A DNA stretch of 53,773 nucleotides from IMG/VR virus record IMGVR_UViG_3300020596_000028, positions 1 to 53,773 of that record; one strand, 5' to 3'. Shown here in pieces: positions 45,469 through 52,716 of the stretch. Made by a program: the position numbers and the translations under genes. The stretch's first letter is position 1, and each line of letters opens with the position of its first letter. The notes below the pieces were generated by a model. It searched no databases. It was not told where the DNA came from and saw nothing but the letters and a program-made list of their open reading frames with translations. Source of the stretch: a virus. Taxonomy: Duplodnaviria > Caudoviricetes.

Positions 45469-48294
45469 CTATTCCTTAGCGTCTTGCTCAACCTCTTCAG
45501 CTGCGTCTGCGATGTCTGCAGCAGCTTCAGAGAAGCTATCCACCACTGAGTCTTCGTCCTCAGGAAGGAAACTCATCCAAGCGCATCGGCAATTAATCTT
45601 TTGTCCAGCCTCAGCTCTAGGTTCACGAGGAAACATGAGACCGTTACTAAATGGTTCATCGACGTCTACGACTTCCATGTTGAGCTTGTGGTCATCTCTC
45701 ACTCGATCGTCTTGAGCATCGATCCAGATTTTTTTGAGCTCTTTAGCTTCTTTTGGGAACTCTTTTTTGAAGTCCTCGTCCTTCTTGCTTTGCCCAAGGG
45801 ACACGGCAGACAATGTTTCAGTTCTAACAATCGTTTGAACTCGAGCCGCACTTTGCGTGCCTTCAAAGTAATCCCGTAAATCAGCACTGATTTCTGCAAT
45901 CGGTTTATTCTCGTCAAGTGCGTCTGCGATCATTTGACTGACGTCAGCCTTCGTTGTTTCAGTTACATACGTGATGTTGTCGGCACCAAACTCAAGTGAC
46001 ATCTGAGCTGCAATTTCGTTTGGAAGGTTCAGTTCCCTCACGCCAAAGAGCTGCTGATCGTAACCATGCTTCATGGCGTTTTCGATCGCTTTACTGGGTT
46101 TCTTTTTTTCCTGCTTGATGAAGTCCTTTAAGATACCTTCATCAACAACATCGTCTGAATCCTTAGCCTTCATATGAAGACCAAACTGACGAACCTTTTT
46201 CTCCCAGCCCTTCATGAACACTTGGCCCATGCGCTTAAACAGGTCCTTCACTTCGTCTTCACGTTCACGCATCAGGTCCACAATCTGACCTTCAGTCAAA
46301 GCTTTGAGTGCGGTCTGAACTTGCTCAAGAGAAAGTTTGTTGACCTTTAAACGGTCTAGAGCTTGTTCGTTGGCAGCAAACTGAATCACATTTTCAGCTG
46401 CTGCTTCAGACTCCCCCAACTTCCCAGCGTCCTCCGTCGGATCATTAATCAGCTGTTGAGTCGGTACATGGCCTTCTAGGGTAGCTCTTTCAATTGCCAT
46501 TCGGATCGCATCGGCCATCGAGTGACCTTCACCGAGAGCAACCTCAACGAGTTGAGCTACACGTTGCTCAAATGTAATGCCGTCCGTTTCAACAATCGTT
46601 GAACCAATGTTCGCCATATCGGGTTGAGCATTAGGCTCAGAGTTCTTTCCTTCTTCCACTGGAGTTTCAACTACTGGAGGATGAGGAGGGAGTGGAGGAA
46701 AACCCACCATCGAACGCGCCACGTTTCGATCCATCGCGAACATCGAAACGAGAACTTCGACTGCTGCACCCGGCGTGAGCTTGTCGGTTTGAACTCGTCT
46801 AATGACGTTCATGACTGCGGTGACGGCCGGGCCTTCGACAGGCATTCCAGCAGGCATCGCGACTGGGTTTCCGTTTTGATCTTTCGCCTCACCCGCTTCA
46901 GCTCCTGCGAAAATAGGAGATGGGTTTTTAGCTTGCTCAAGCACTGGAGAAACATCGCCGCCTTTGAGAGGTGCTTTTTTCCAAATGTCCTGACGGACTT
47001 CATTCACCGTGCATCCGGTGTCGAGCATGGATTTAGCGACAAGCCCTTTGGATTCAACGTTCTCTCTTAGAGCTTCCACGTTGCTGAAGTCATATCGAAT
47101 GCGAAGGCTGCGTTCAGGCTTGAGAAGTTTCTTATGCTTGTTGAGAGACTCTTCAATCTTTTTAGCAATCGGCTTTAAGCAGTCTTCGTAGTAACCCTTG
47201 TGCTGAACCAAAGCGTTAGAATAAGAAGCGTCTTCAAGGAGACCTGCTTTGACTGGCGGAACTTTGTAGGCTGAAAAGATCGGCTCACGATTCGCTTTCG
47301 TGAATTCGATCATGGAACTTTCCAGCATGTTCGATTCAATCGTGTCGTACTCCATGCCTTCAGGAAGAATGAGCGTCTTATGATGGTTCAATTTCCCGGT
47401 ATAATCCTGGTCGAAACTACGTTGCAACCGAGTCAGTTGATCCTTCGTCAGCTTGCGAGTCGTCTTAATGACACCGCCTAGACGTGCTCCTTGCTTATAG
47501 AATCGGATCATGTGCTCATGCGTATGGCGATCAAGCAGGACGTTTTTCATCACCGGAACAATCGGAGCTAATCCAATGAACGGATCAACGGGATTAGGCA
47601 TCTTGATATGAATGATTTCGTCTTCTTCAAATCGGAACGTGCCTTGAGGACAACGGTAAATGTAGCCGCCGATATGACTGCCTTGAGTTCCAGCAATGGG
47701 TTCAATCATGGCAGAGTTGATTCGGTACATTTCTAAAACAGCTTTTCGAGTTTCATCTAAGCGAGTGTGGATGTACCCGTTCCCAGTGGATAAGAGATCC
47801 ACAATCAGAAGCTCGTAAAACTCTGAAGCTGTATGGGTATCGCTCGGGTACTTAAATAAGTACGCTTCAGGTTCACCGCTTGCGTCTTCCCAAGTGTCTT
47901 TTTTAATAGTACGAGAGTTGGGGTCTTCTGGATTGAGTCGTTCGGTGACAGTGATTTTCTTTTCAAGCAAGAGAGGCAAAGCACAAAGTGATTGCGCAAT
48001 CGTGGACACGCAAACGTAGAACCAACCTTCAGTGACGAACAATCGATGAAGGGTAGCGAGGTCGATGTCCTGCTGGATCGATCCAAAGTAATTTAAATTG
48101 TTTCCGCCACTAAAAGAATCCAGAGACTTCTCATCTCCAGCGCCATAGGCCTGAATTGCATAGTTCAAATCGTCTTCAGTGGATACGTCATGAAGCTGTT
48201 GCTTGACGGTATTTAATTCTTCTTCAAGTCTTTGAAGAGCTTGGGCTTGTTGAGGGTTTGCTTTCCTGGTTAAAAGGTTTTCTAGAATGCTCAC
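45469..48294 (-). CDS. HK97-family portal protein fused to a Mu gpF/SPP1 gp7-like minor head domain
   Basis: Portal motifs (LL.TGNGY, IIHIK, GLAPI, ILPEGMEY, AYKVPP, TVNEVR); C-terminal IVRTET...KIW....DDRVR.DH...PREP...INCRC. Confidence 0.93.
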   Translation of the reverse strand: MSILENLLTRKANPQQAQALQRLEEELNTVKQQLHDVSTEDDLNYAIQAYGAGDEKSLDSFSGGNNLNYFGSIQQDIDLATLHRLFVTEGWFYVCVSTIAQSLCALPLLLEKKITVTERLNPEDPNSRTIKKDTWEDASGEPEAYLFKYPSDTHTASEFYELLIVDLLSTGNGYIHTRLDETRKAVLEMYRINSAMIEPIAGTQGSHIGGYIYRCPQGTFRFEEDEIIHIKMPNPVDPFIGLAPIVPVMKNVLLDRHTHEHMIRFYKQGARLGGVIKTTRKLTKDQLTRLQRSFDQDYTGKLNHHKTLILPEGMEYDTIESNMLESSMIEFTKANREPIFSAYKVPPVKAGLLEDASYSNALVQHKGYYEDCLKPIAKKIEESLNKHKKLLKPERSLRIRYDFSNVEALRENVESKGLVAKSMLDTGCTVNEVRQDIWKKAPLKGGDVSPVLEQAKNPSPIFAGAEAGEAKDQNGNPVAMPAGMPVEGPAVTAVMNVIRRVQTDKLTPGAAVEVLVSMFAMDRNVARSMVGFPPLPPHPPVVETPVEEGKNSEPNAQPDMANIGSTIVETDGITFEQRVAQLVEVALGEGHSMADAIRMAIERATLEGHVPTQQLINDPTEDAGKLGESEAAAENVIQFAANEQALDRLKVNKLSLEQVQTALKALTEGQIVDLMREREDEVKDLFKRMGQVFMKGWEKKVRQFGLHMKAKDSDDVVDEGILKDFIKQEKKKPSKAIENAMKHGYDQQLFGVRELNLPNEIAAQMSLEFGADNITYVTETTKADVSQMIADALDENKPIAEISADLRDYFEGTQSAARVQTIVRTETLSAVSLGQSKKDEDFKKEFPKEAKELKKIWIDAQDDRVRDDHKLNMEVVDVDEPFSNGLMFPREPRAEAGQKINCRCAWMSFLPEDEDSVVDSFSEAAADIADAAEEVEQDAKE

Positions 48295-48605
48295 TCATTG
48301 CTCCGATCTCTATTTTTTTTTCCAGCAAGCGCGGCTAAATAACCTTTGATCTCACTGAGATCGATTCTCATTGTGTTCAAGTATTTAGCGATCTCATTCA
48401 TGTCTGATTGCCGCGCAAATGTTTTAGTGTTCTCGAGTTGGATTGAATCAATCTTGGCATTCAGTTCAGACTTTGCGCTAAAAAAAGCGACCACGACAGC
48501 AACGATTGGGACCATAATTTGCAGCAAGGTCCTGATGTTTTCGTTGAACTGTGGCGACCCATCCTTGGGAACCGTTTGAGTTGTATGCATGTTAAATAGC
48601 CTCAA
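48291..48605 (-). CDS. Small membrane protein with coiled coil
   Basis: TM segment LLQIMVPIVAVVVAFF, then a heptad-rich tail. Confidence 0.65.
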   Translation of the reverse strand: MRLFNMHTTQTVPKDGSPQFNENIRTLLQIMVPIVAVVVAFFSAKSELNAKIDSIQLENTKTFARQSDMNEIAKYLNTMRIDLSEIKGYLAALAGKKNRDRSNE

Positions 48606-48654
48606 GTCTTGTCGTCATTTAAAGAGCTAGGATGATTGAAGATCCTACGTTGAT

Positions 48655-48665
48655 TATTTACTCCC
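48655..48665 (-). promoter_or_regulatory. Candidate late promoter GGGAGTAAATA
   Basis: Intergenic, upstream of the portal operon. Confidence 0.55.
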
Positions 48666-48696
48666 TTTTCATCACCGCGTTGCGGATGTTGGGTGA

Positions 48697-49095
48697 CTAG
48701 TGGACCTCTTCATACGGTTGTCTTTCGTTAGAAATTTCCTTGCGCATGAAAAAATATCCGGGCTGAAGGTAGACTTTGCCTTGAGGAACGCCAGCATGAA
48801 TCGTTGGACGAATCGCCTCCCATGCTTCTTTCAAGTCCTTATCAACTAAATCAGTATGCTTTCGTTTCAAGTACGATCGATATTGTCTGAATAGTCCGAC
48901 TGCATCGTCAGGTGAAATAGTCACCTTTTTGATATCGATGTTCACGAGCCCTCCATGAATCACGTATAGCCGCAGGATGTCATGATAGAATTGATCCATC
49001 GGAGTGACGTTGCGCTTAGGCACTCCATTCATTTTGTCGAGCTTCGGAAGGTCACGCACTTCACACATGACTGTTCCCTTTTTGTTTTCACTCAT
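48697..49095 (-). CDS. Hypothetical protein (132 aa)
   Basis: ATGA-coupled to the upstream ORF. Confidence 0.65.
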   Translation of the reverse strand: MSENKKGTVMCEVRDLPKLDKMNGVPKRNVTPMDQFYHDILRLYVIHGGLVNIDIKKVTISPDDAVGLFRQYRSYLKRKHTDLVDKDLKEAWEAIRPTIHAGVPQGKVYLQPGYFFMRKEISNERQPYEEVH

Positions 49096-49805
49096 TCGAT
49101 TCCACCCATCACATTGTCATCGGCATCAATCACACTGACTCTTTGAGAGCTTGAGTCAGCCTTTGAGCTGTCGCCAGATGAAGGTTGTTCAGGAGAGGTC
49201 AGATCCTCTTCCATTAATTCATACGTCTGTTTTCTGCGGGGTGGTGGTAGGGCTTGCTGGTCGCTAGGGGGTTCAGTTGGAGCGTCGATCTGAATAATCG
49301 CATCGTCAGGGAGTCTGGTTTTCCCAATCACTGAAACGCCTTCCATGATCACATGAACTTCATGCTTCGGTTCATTGTGAATCTGTCGGCGTTGAAGTTC
49401 GAGCTCTAGTTCAAACTCAGCCTTCTTAATTTCAATCTCTTTTGAACCCTCAGCAAAGAACAGAGCTGCTTTCTGTGCAATGCGCTCATCCCCACTATCG
49501 ATCTGGTTCCTGAGTTTCCTAATCGCTGCGATCTTGGCATCTTGAATGAGTTCAAGTGCACTCTTCTGACTCTCATAGAGCAGCTTCTGATAGAGCGGGT
49601 TCGCGCGTTTCTTATAGATCGTGTGGCGGTCGCACGTGAGCTTTCCAACGGCTTTAATCTTATCGGCGCTGATTCCTGGGTTCGCCATCTCAATCGCTAG
49701 GATCCGTCTACTGAGAGGGTCTAGGGCTCCGACAGCTTCAGGGTCGAAGTAACCTAGGAACTTTTTTCTGTGAGGCGCGTTTTGGTTGTCATGTGCGTCA
49801 TTCAT
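49092..49805 (-). CDS. Putative terminase small subunit-like HTH protein
   Basis: HTH-like region (ADKI...DRHTIYKKRANP), AIRKL...SGDERIAQKAA helices and a disordered tail; near the portal gene. Confidence 0.5.
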   Translation of the reverse strand: MNDAHDNQNAPHRKKFLGYFDPEAVGALDPLSRRILAIEMANPGISADKIKAVGKLTCDRHTIYKKRANPLYQKLLYESQKSALELIQDAKIAAIRKLRNQIDSGDERIAQKAALFFAEGSKEIEIKKAEFELELELQRRQIHNEPKHEVHVIMEGVSVIGKTRLPDDAIIQIDAPTEPPSDQQALPPPRRKQTYELMEEDLTSPEQPSSGDSSKADSSSQRVSVIDADDNVMGGIE

Positions 49806-49854
49806 CGATCGTTCATAGTACCATCTAAACTCGTTTGGTCACGTATCAAAGCAG

Positions 49855-49940
49855 CCACAGGCTTGCCAGAGTCTTGACAATGCCTAGACAGTGCTCGGCA
49901 GGTGACTGGCAGGTGACTGGCAGGTGGCTAGACACTGGCC
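49855..49940. repeat. Array of ~11-bp repeats
   Basis: GGCAGGTGACT x2 plus GGCAGGTGGCT (49897-49929), flanked by degenerate units. Confidence 0.75.
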
Positions 49941-50006
49941 GTGTTTTATAGGGTCTGAATGCGGGAAATACGTGGGATGAACGCTTAAATGAGGGATGCT
50001 TAAGAA

Positions 50007-50273
50007 TTAGACAGTGGATTCAGAATTATAAAGCCGCAGACAAGAATACGAGATCACATGATCCATATTATAGAACGTGAACTGTTTTCTTTTCTGAGTT
50101 TGAAAGTCAACCAGAGCAACCATGAGGAGTCCGCTGTCTCTGTTAACATTAAAAAAAGATCCATCCGGAGCGACGTGGATGATTGGAAAATCTTTATTTG
50201 GACTTGAAGGATCTGAAACTTTCACCAACACTTCAACGCATTTGATCACAGCAGATTGAGAATAAACGTTCAT
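50007..50273 (-). CDS. Hypothetical protein, paralog of 50341..50604
   Basis: VYSQSAV...V.R..G..M...T...K...Y...HV.S pattern shared. Confidence 0.65.
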   Translation of the reverse strand: MNVYSQSAVIKCVEVLVKVSDPSSPNKDFPIIHVAPDGSFFNVNRDSGLLMVALVDFQTQKRKQFTFYNMDHVISYSCLRLYNSESTV

Positions 50274-50340
50274 AGATACAAACCTTTATCCAGGGTTACT
50301 AGGTGTTGGTCTAGGACTAAGTAGTGGTTCCGGTAAAAGT

Positions 50341-50604
50341 CTAAGCAGGGTTAAAGAGTTGCTCAGGCGAAAGAAGAAATAAATACTGCACCGACACCAC
50401 GTGAAGCGCCGTGTAGTGAAACGACTCTTTCAGCTCATGCGTATCCCAGCGATAGTAGTCCAGCATGACCACACCCTCACACCGCTCAACCCTCAAGTAA
50501 CAATCCTTGCTTGGGCCATGCGTCACATGAGGCAAGTTATAGGGCTGAAGCACATGCACGTTTTGAAGGGTCACGACTGCCTTCTGACAAAAGACGGGCT
50601 TCAT
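50341..50604 (-). CDS. Hypothetical protein, paralog of 50007..50273
   Basis: VFCQKAV...VERCEGVVM...HVVS. Confidence 0.65.
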   Translation of the reverse strand: MKPVFCQKAVVTLQNVHVLQPYNLPHVTHGPSKDCYLRVERCEGVVMLDYYRWDTHELKESFHYTALHVVSVQYLFLLSPEQLFNPA

Positions 50605-50609
50605 AGAAG

Positions 50610-51407
50610 TCAGTGTCTCGGCATCTGAAACGTGAAGGGCTTGTCTTCTACATACTTAGAAAGTGGATGCTCTGAGTTATTAAAGTACTTGGCTCTTAGT
50701 TCTTTAACACCCCCAGGCCAGTGCTTCTTGAATCGTCGCCACCAAACTTGTGCGGTGAGCTTCGTCATCCAGTTGTAGTTAGATCCGTAGTACAGGCAGA
50801 GGTAACTCAAGCGCCAGGAGTCTTGGTCTTGGGGTTTAAATAAGCCGCTTGTTGCGATGACCAAACACCAATAGATCAGTCTCCACGTAGAGAGCTTCTC
50901 TTGTGCCGCCATTTGCAATCCGCCAATGAGCTGAGGTTGGCGTCCCATCCAGCTGTTCTTACTCGCTGTGCCCGGCGTGACGTTGTTATAATTGTATTTG
51001 AGTTCACCATCTCCAACGAGAACGAGCAGAAGCATTTTAACCATGAGTGGAAGATTGGAGTCATGGATCATGTCGCTTGCTTTAGCGGGAATACTTCTTC
51101 CGTAGAACAAAACGCTTCTCGCGATTGCAGGATCAATCAGAGCTGAGGCACAAGCAATGCCCATGTAATCGTCTGGAGCTTGTTGGTCAGGGTGATCGGG
51201 ATGTCGATTGAAAAGCCCAATCCGTTTTTCGCAGCTCAAGATCACATCTCTAAAATGGTCCTCGTCTGACTTCGTGAGCTCTCCGCGTTGGTGAAGAAGG
51301 GCTAGGTACTCAGCCGTATAGAGTAATCCGTTGCCGCTTGGCTTTCCGTCTGGAGTAATTAAACCATACTGATCCGTAAATGCCTTAATGTCGATCCTGA
51401 TATCCAT
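50610..51407 (-). CDS. Helical (possibly alpha/alpha-toroid) protein, paralog of 18723..19442
   Basis: AGGAG RBS; motifs DQYGL, SGNGLLY, GLFNRHP, PDDY and HPLSKY. Confidence 0.8.
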   Translation of the reverse strand: MDIRIDIKAFTDQYGLITPDGKPSGNGLLYTAEYLALLHQRGELTKSDEDHFRDVILSCEKRIGLFNRHPDHPDQQAPDDYMGIACASALIDPAIARSVLFYGRSIPAKASDMIHDSNLPLMVKMLLLVLVGDGELKYNYNNVTPGTASKNSWMGRQPQLIGGLQMAAQEKLSTWRLIYWCLVIATSGLFKPQDQDSWRLSYLCLYYGSNYNWMTKLTAQVWWRRFKKHWPGGVKELRAKYFNNSEHPLSKYVEDKPFTFQMPRH

Positions 51408-51546
51408 TTACGACTCCTGCGATGCGGCTAATATGTTTTCGCTCAGCTAAGCTTCTTTTTTCGTGAAGACTGGCGAATGGCGACCGTAAGAATCAGTCCA
51501 TAGGTGATCACAGTGACCGAAGCGACAATCCTAATCAAAAGTTTAC

Positions 51547-51777
51547 TTATTCGAAGTCATTGGGATCGAGCGGATACTTTTGAACGATCGCACTATTGGC
51601 ACTCATCATGACAAATGAAAGCTGAGTGAAAGCGGTCTGCCGTTCATTCACATCAGGGCAGAGGAAATCAATCAACTCAGCTAGCTCTCTCACCTTCTTA
51701 CGGATCATGGTCATGTGAGCAATGCCTTGGGCATCGGGCTTATGGAAACCAAAACGGCTTTTAATTTCGTCTCTCAT
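51547..51777 (-). CDS. Acb2/Tad1-like helical-hairpin protein (putative cyclic-nucleotide sponge)
   Basis: RFGFHKP...IR...ELA..I...CP...ER..A.T.L...MM.AN.AI pattern. Confidence 0.6.
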   Translation of the reverse strand: MRDEIKSRFGFHKPDAQGIAHMTMIRKKVRELAELIDFLCPDVNERQTAFTQLSFVMMSANSAIVQKYPLDPNDFE

Positions 51778-51818
51778 TTGTCGTCACTTTCTGGGTTGAT
51801 ACAAAAACAGGCACTTTA

Positions 51819-52007
51819 CGAAGCGGACCGGACGCGAACCCGGCATCAGGCATTGAGAACTCCAGCCCTTAAGCATGTAGAGCATCCTGACCATCTTCTG
51901 TGCGTGTCTCTAGTGATCTGTTTACGGTCCAAAGGGTAATTAATCCCTCGTACTGGCTTTCACCGTAAAAGCCGTTCCGCTACCACAGCTTACCACGCCG
52001 CTGCCTC
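51819..52007 (-). ncRNA. tRNA-like structured RNA candidate with expanded arms
   Basis: Acceptor-like GAGGCAG/CCGCTTC, D-like GCGT/ACGC, T-like GCCGG-GTTCGCGT-CCGGT, plus several extra hairpins; located in a non-coding gap. Confidence 0.5.
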
Positions 52008-52029
52008 AAATCCATACTACCGATTAAAC

Positions 52030-52061
52030 AAAAAAACCCGACACTCACCATGAGCGCCGGG
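52030..52061 (-). terminator. Rho-independent terminator
   Basis: CCCGGCGCTCA-TGG-TGAGTGTCGGG followed by T7. Confidence 0.8.
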
Positions 52062-52295
52062 CTGTTTTTACCAACCAGAAGCAGGATATTAGAAGGCTTG
52101 AGTATTTACTAGGAGACCGATCGAGTCAATCTAAAATTGAGCAGGCTGAACGTTTTGGTGGGATCGCACTTATAATAAGCAACGAGTTTATCTGCATCAG
52201 GTAGTCTCTGATTTCTTCCCGCAGCGCCATTTTTATATCCCTCTCACCCGCCTTACTTGATTCATAAAACCAATTCGCCGGGCGTGATTTGCCTG

Positions 52296-52526
52296 TTAAG
52301 AACTCCTGCTCCTGCTCCTGCTCCAACTCCAACTCCCACTCCCACTCCCACTCCAACTCCCACTTCCACTTCCACCCCAACTCCCACTCCCACTCCCACT
52401 CCAACTCCTACTTAAGCTCCCACTCCAACTCCTACTCCAACTTCTAGTTCTGCTCCCTCTCCCACTCCCGCTCTCACTCCTGCTCCAACTCCCGCTCCCA
52501 TTCCCCAGAAGGCATGCCTGGTTCAT
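52296..52526 (-). CDS. Ser/Gly/Arg/Trp dipeptide-repeat mini-protein
   Basis: MNQACLLGNGSGSWSRS...RSS*; GGAG RBS 6 nt upstream; hexamer variation keeps Ser (AGY) in register. Confidence 0.6.
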   Translation of the reverse strand: MNQACLLGNGSGSWSRSESGSGRGSRTRSWSRSWSGSLSRSWSGSGSGSWGGSGSGSWSGSGSGSWSWSRSRSRSS

Positions 52527-52716
52527 TTTTGCTCCATAGGCAGTATGATTTGCCTGTTAAGAATTCCAACTCCTGCTCCCACTCAAGCTCCCGCTCCCGC
52601 TGCCACTTGGCCCCGGCGAGGAATATCTCCTCAACTTCAGACCACGACTTTGCGTACTCGAATTTACCATATGATTCCTGTGAGTACTCTTTCGCTCTCT
52701 TTTCACCTTCGGTCAT
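52474..52716 (-). CDS. Hypothetical protein whose C-terminus runs through the repeat
   Basis: MTEGEKRAKEY...EIFLAGAKWQ is typical of small phage ORFs; ATGA coupling. Confidence 0.55.
   Translation of the reverse strand: MTEGEKRAKEYSQESYGKFEYAKSWSEVEEIFLAGAKWQRERELEWEQELEFLTGKSYCLWSKNEPGMPSGEWERELEQE
52501..52580. repeat. 80-bp direct repeat, copy A
   Basis: 79/80 identical to 53652..53731; an 18-bp core also occurs at 52285..52302. Confidence 0.95.

Noticed and set aside
46624-47070. 148-aa + strand ORF and the many other short antisense ORFs across 5-50 kb
   Set aside because: They are shadows of well-supported - strand genes and have no recognisable motifs.
51443-51538. Possible 31-aa TM peptide (MIRIVASVTVITYGLILTVAIRQSSRKKKLS) on the - strand
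   Set aside because: It has a TTG start without a convincing RBS and is too short to support.
51819-52007. Canonical tRNA gene or tmRNA
   Set aside because: It has no proper anticodon stem-loop and the arms are oversized. It is too short for tmRNA and has no evident tag ORF, so it is kept only as a tRNA-like candidate.
52126-52404. 92-aa (WE)n ORF
   Set aside because: It is an alternative-frame reading of the hexamer repeat and starts inside it. The Ser-frame ORF has the RBS and start that recur in the repeat.
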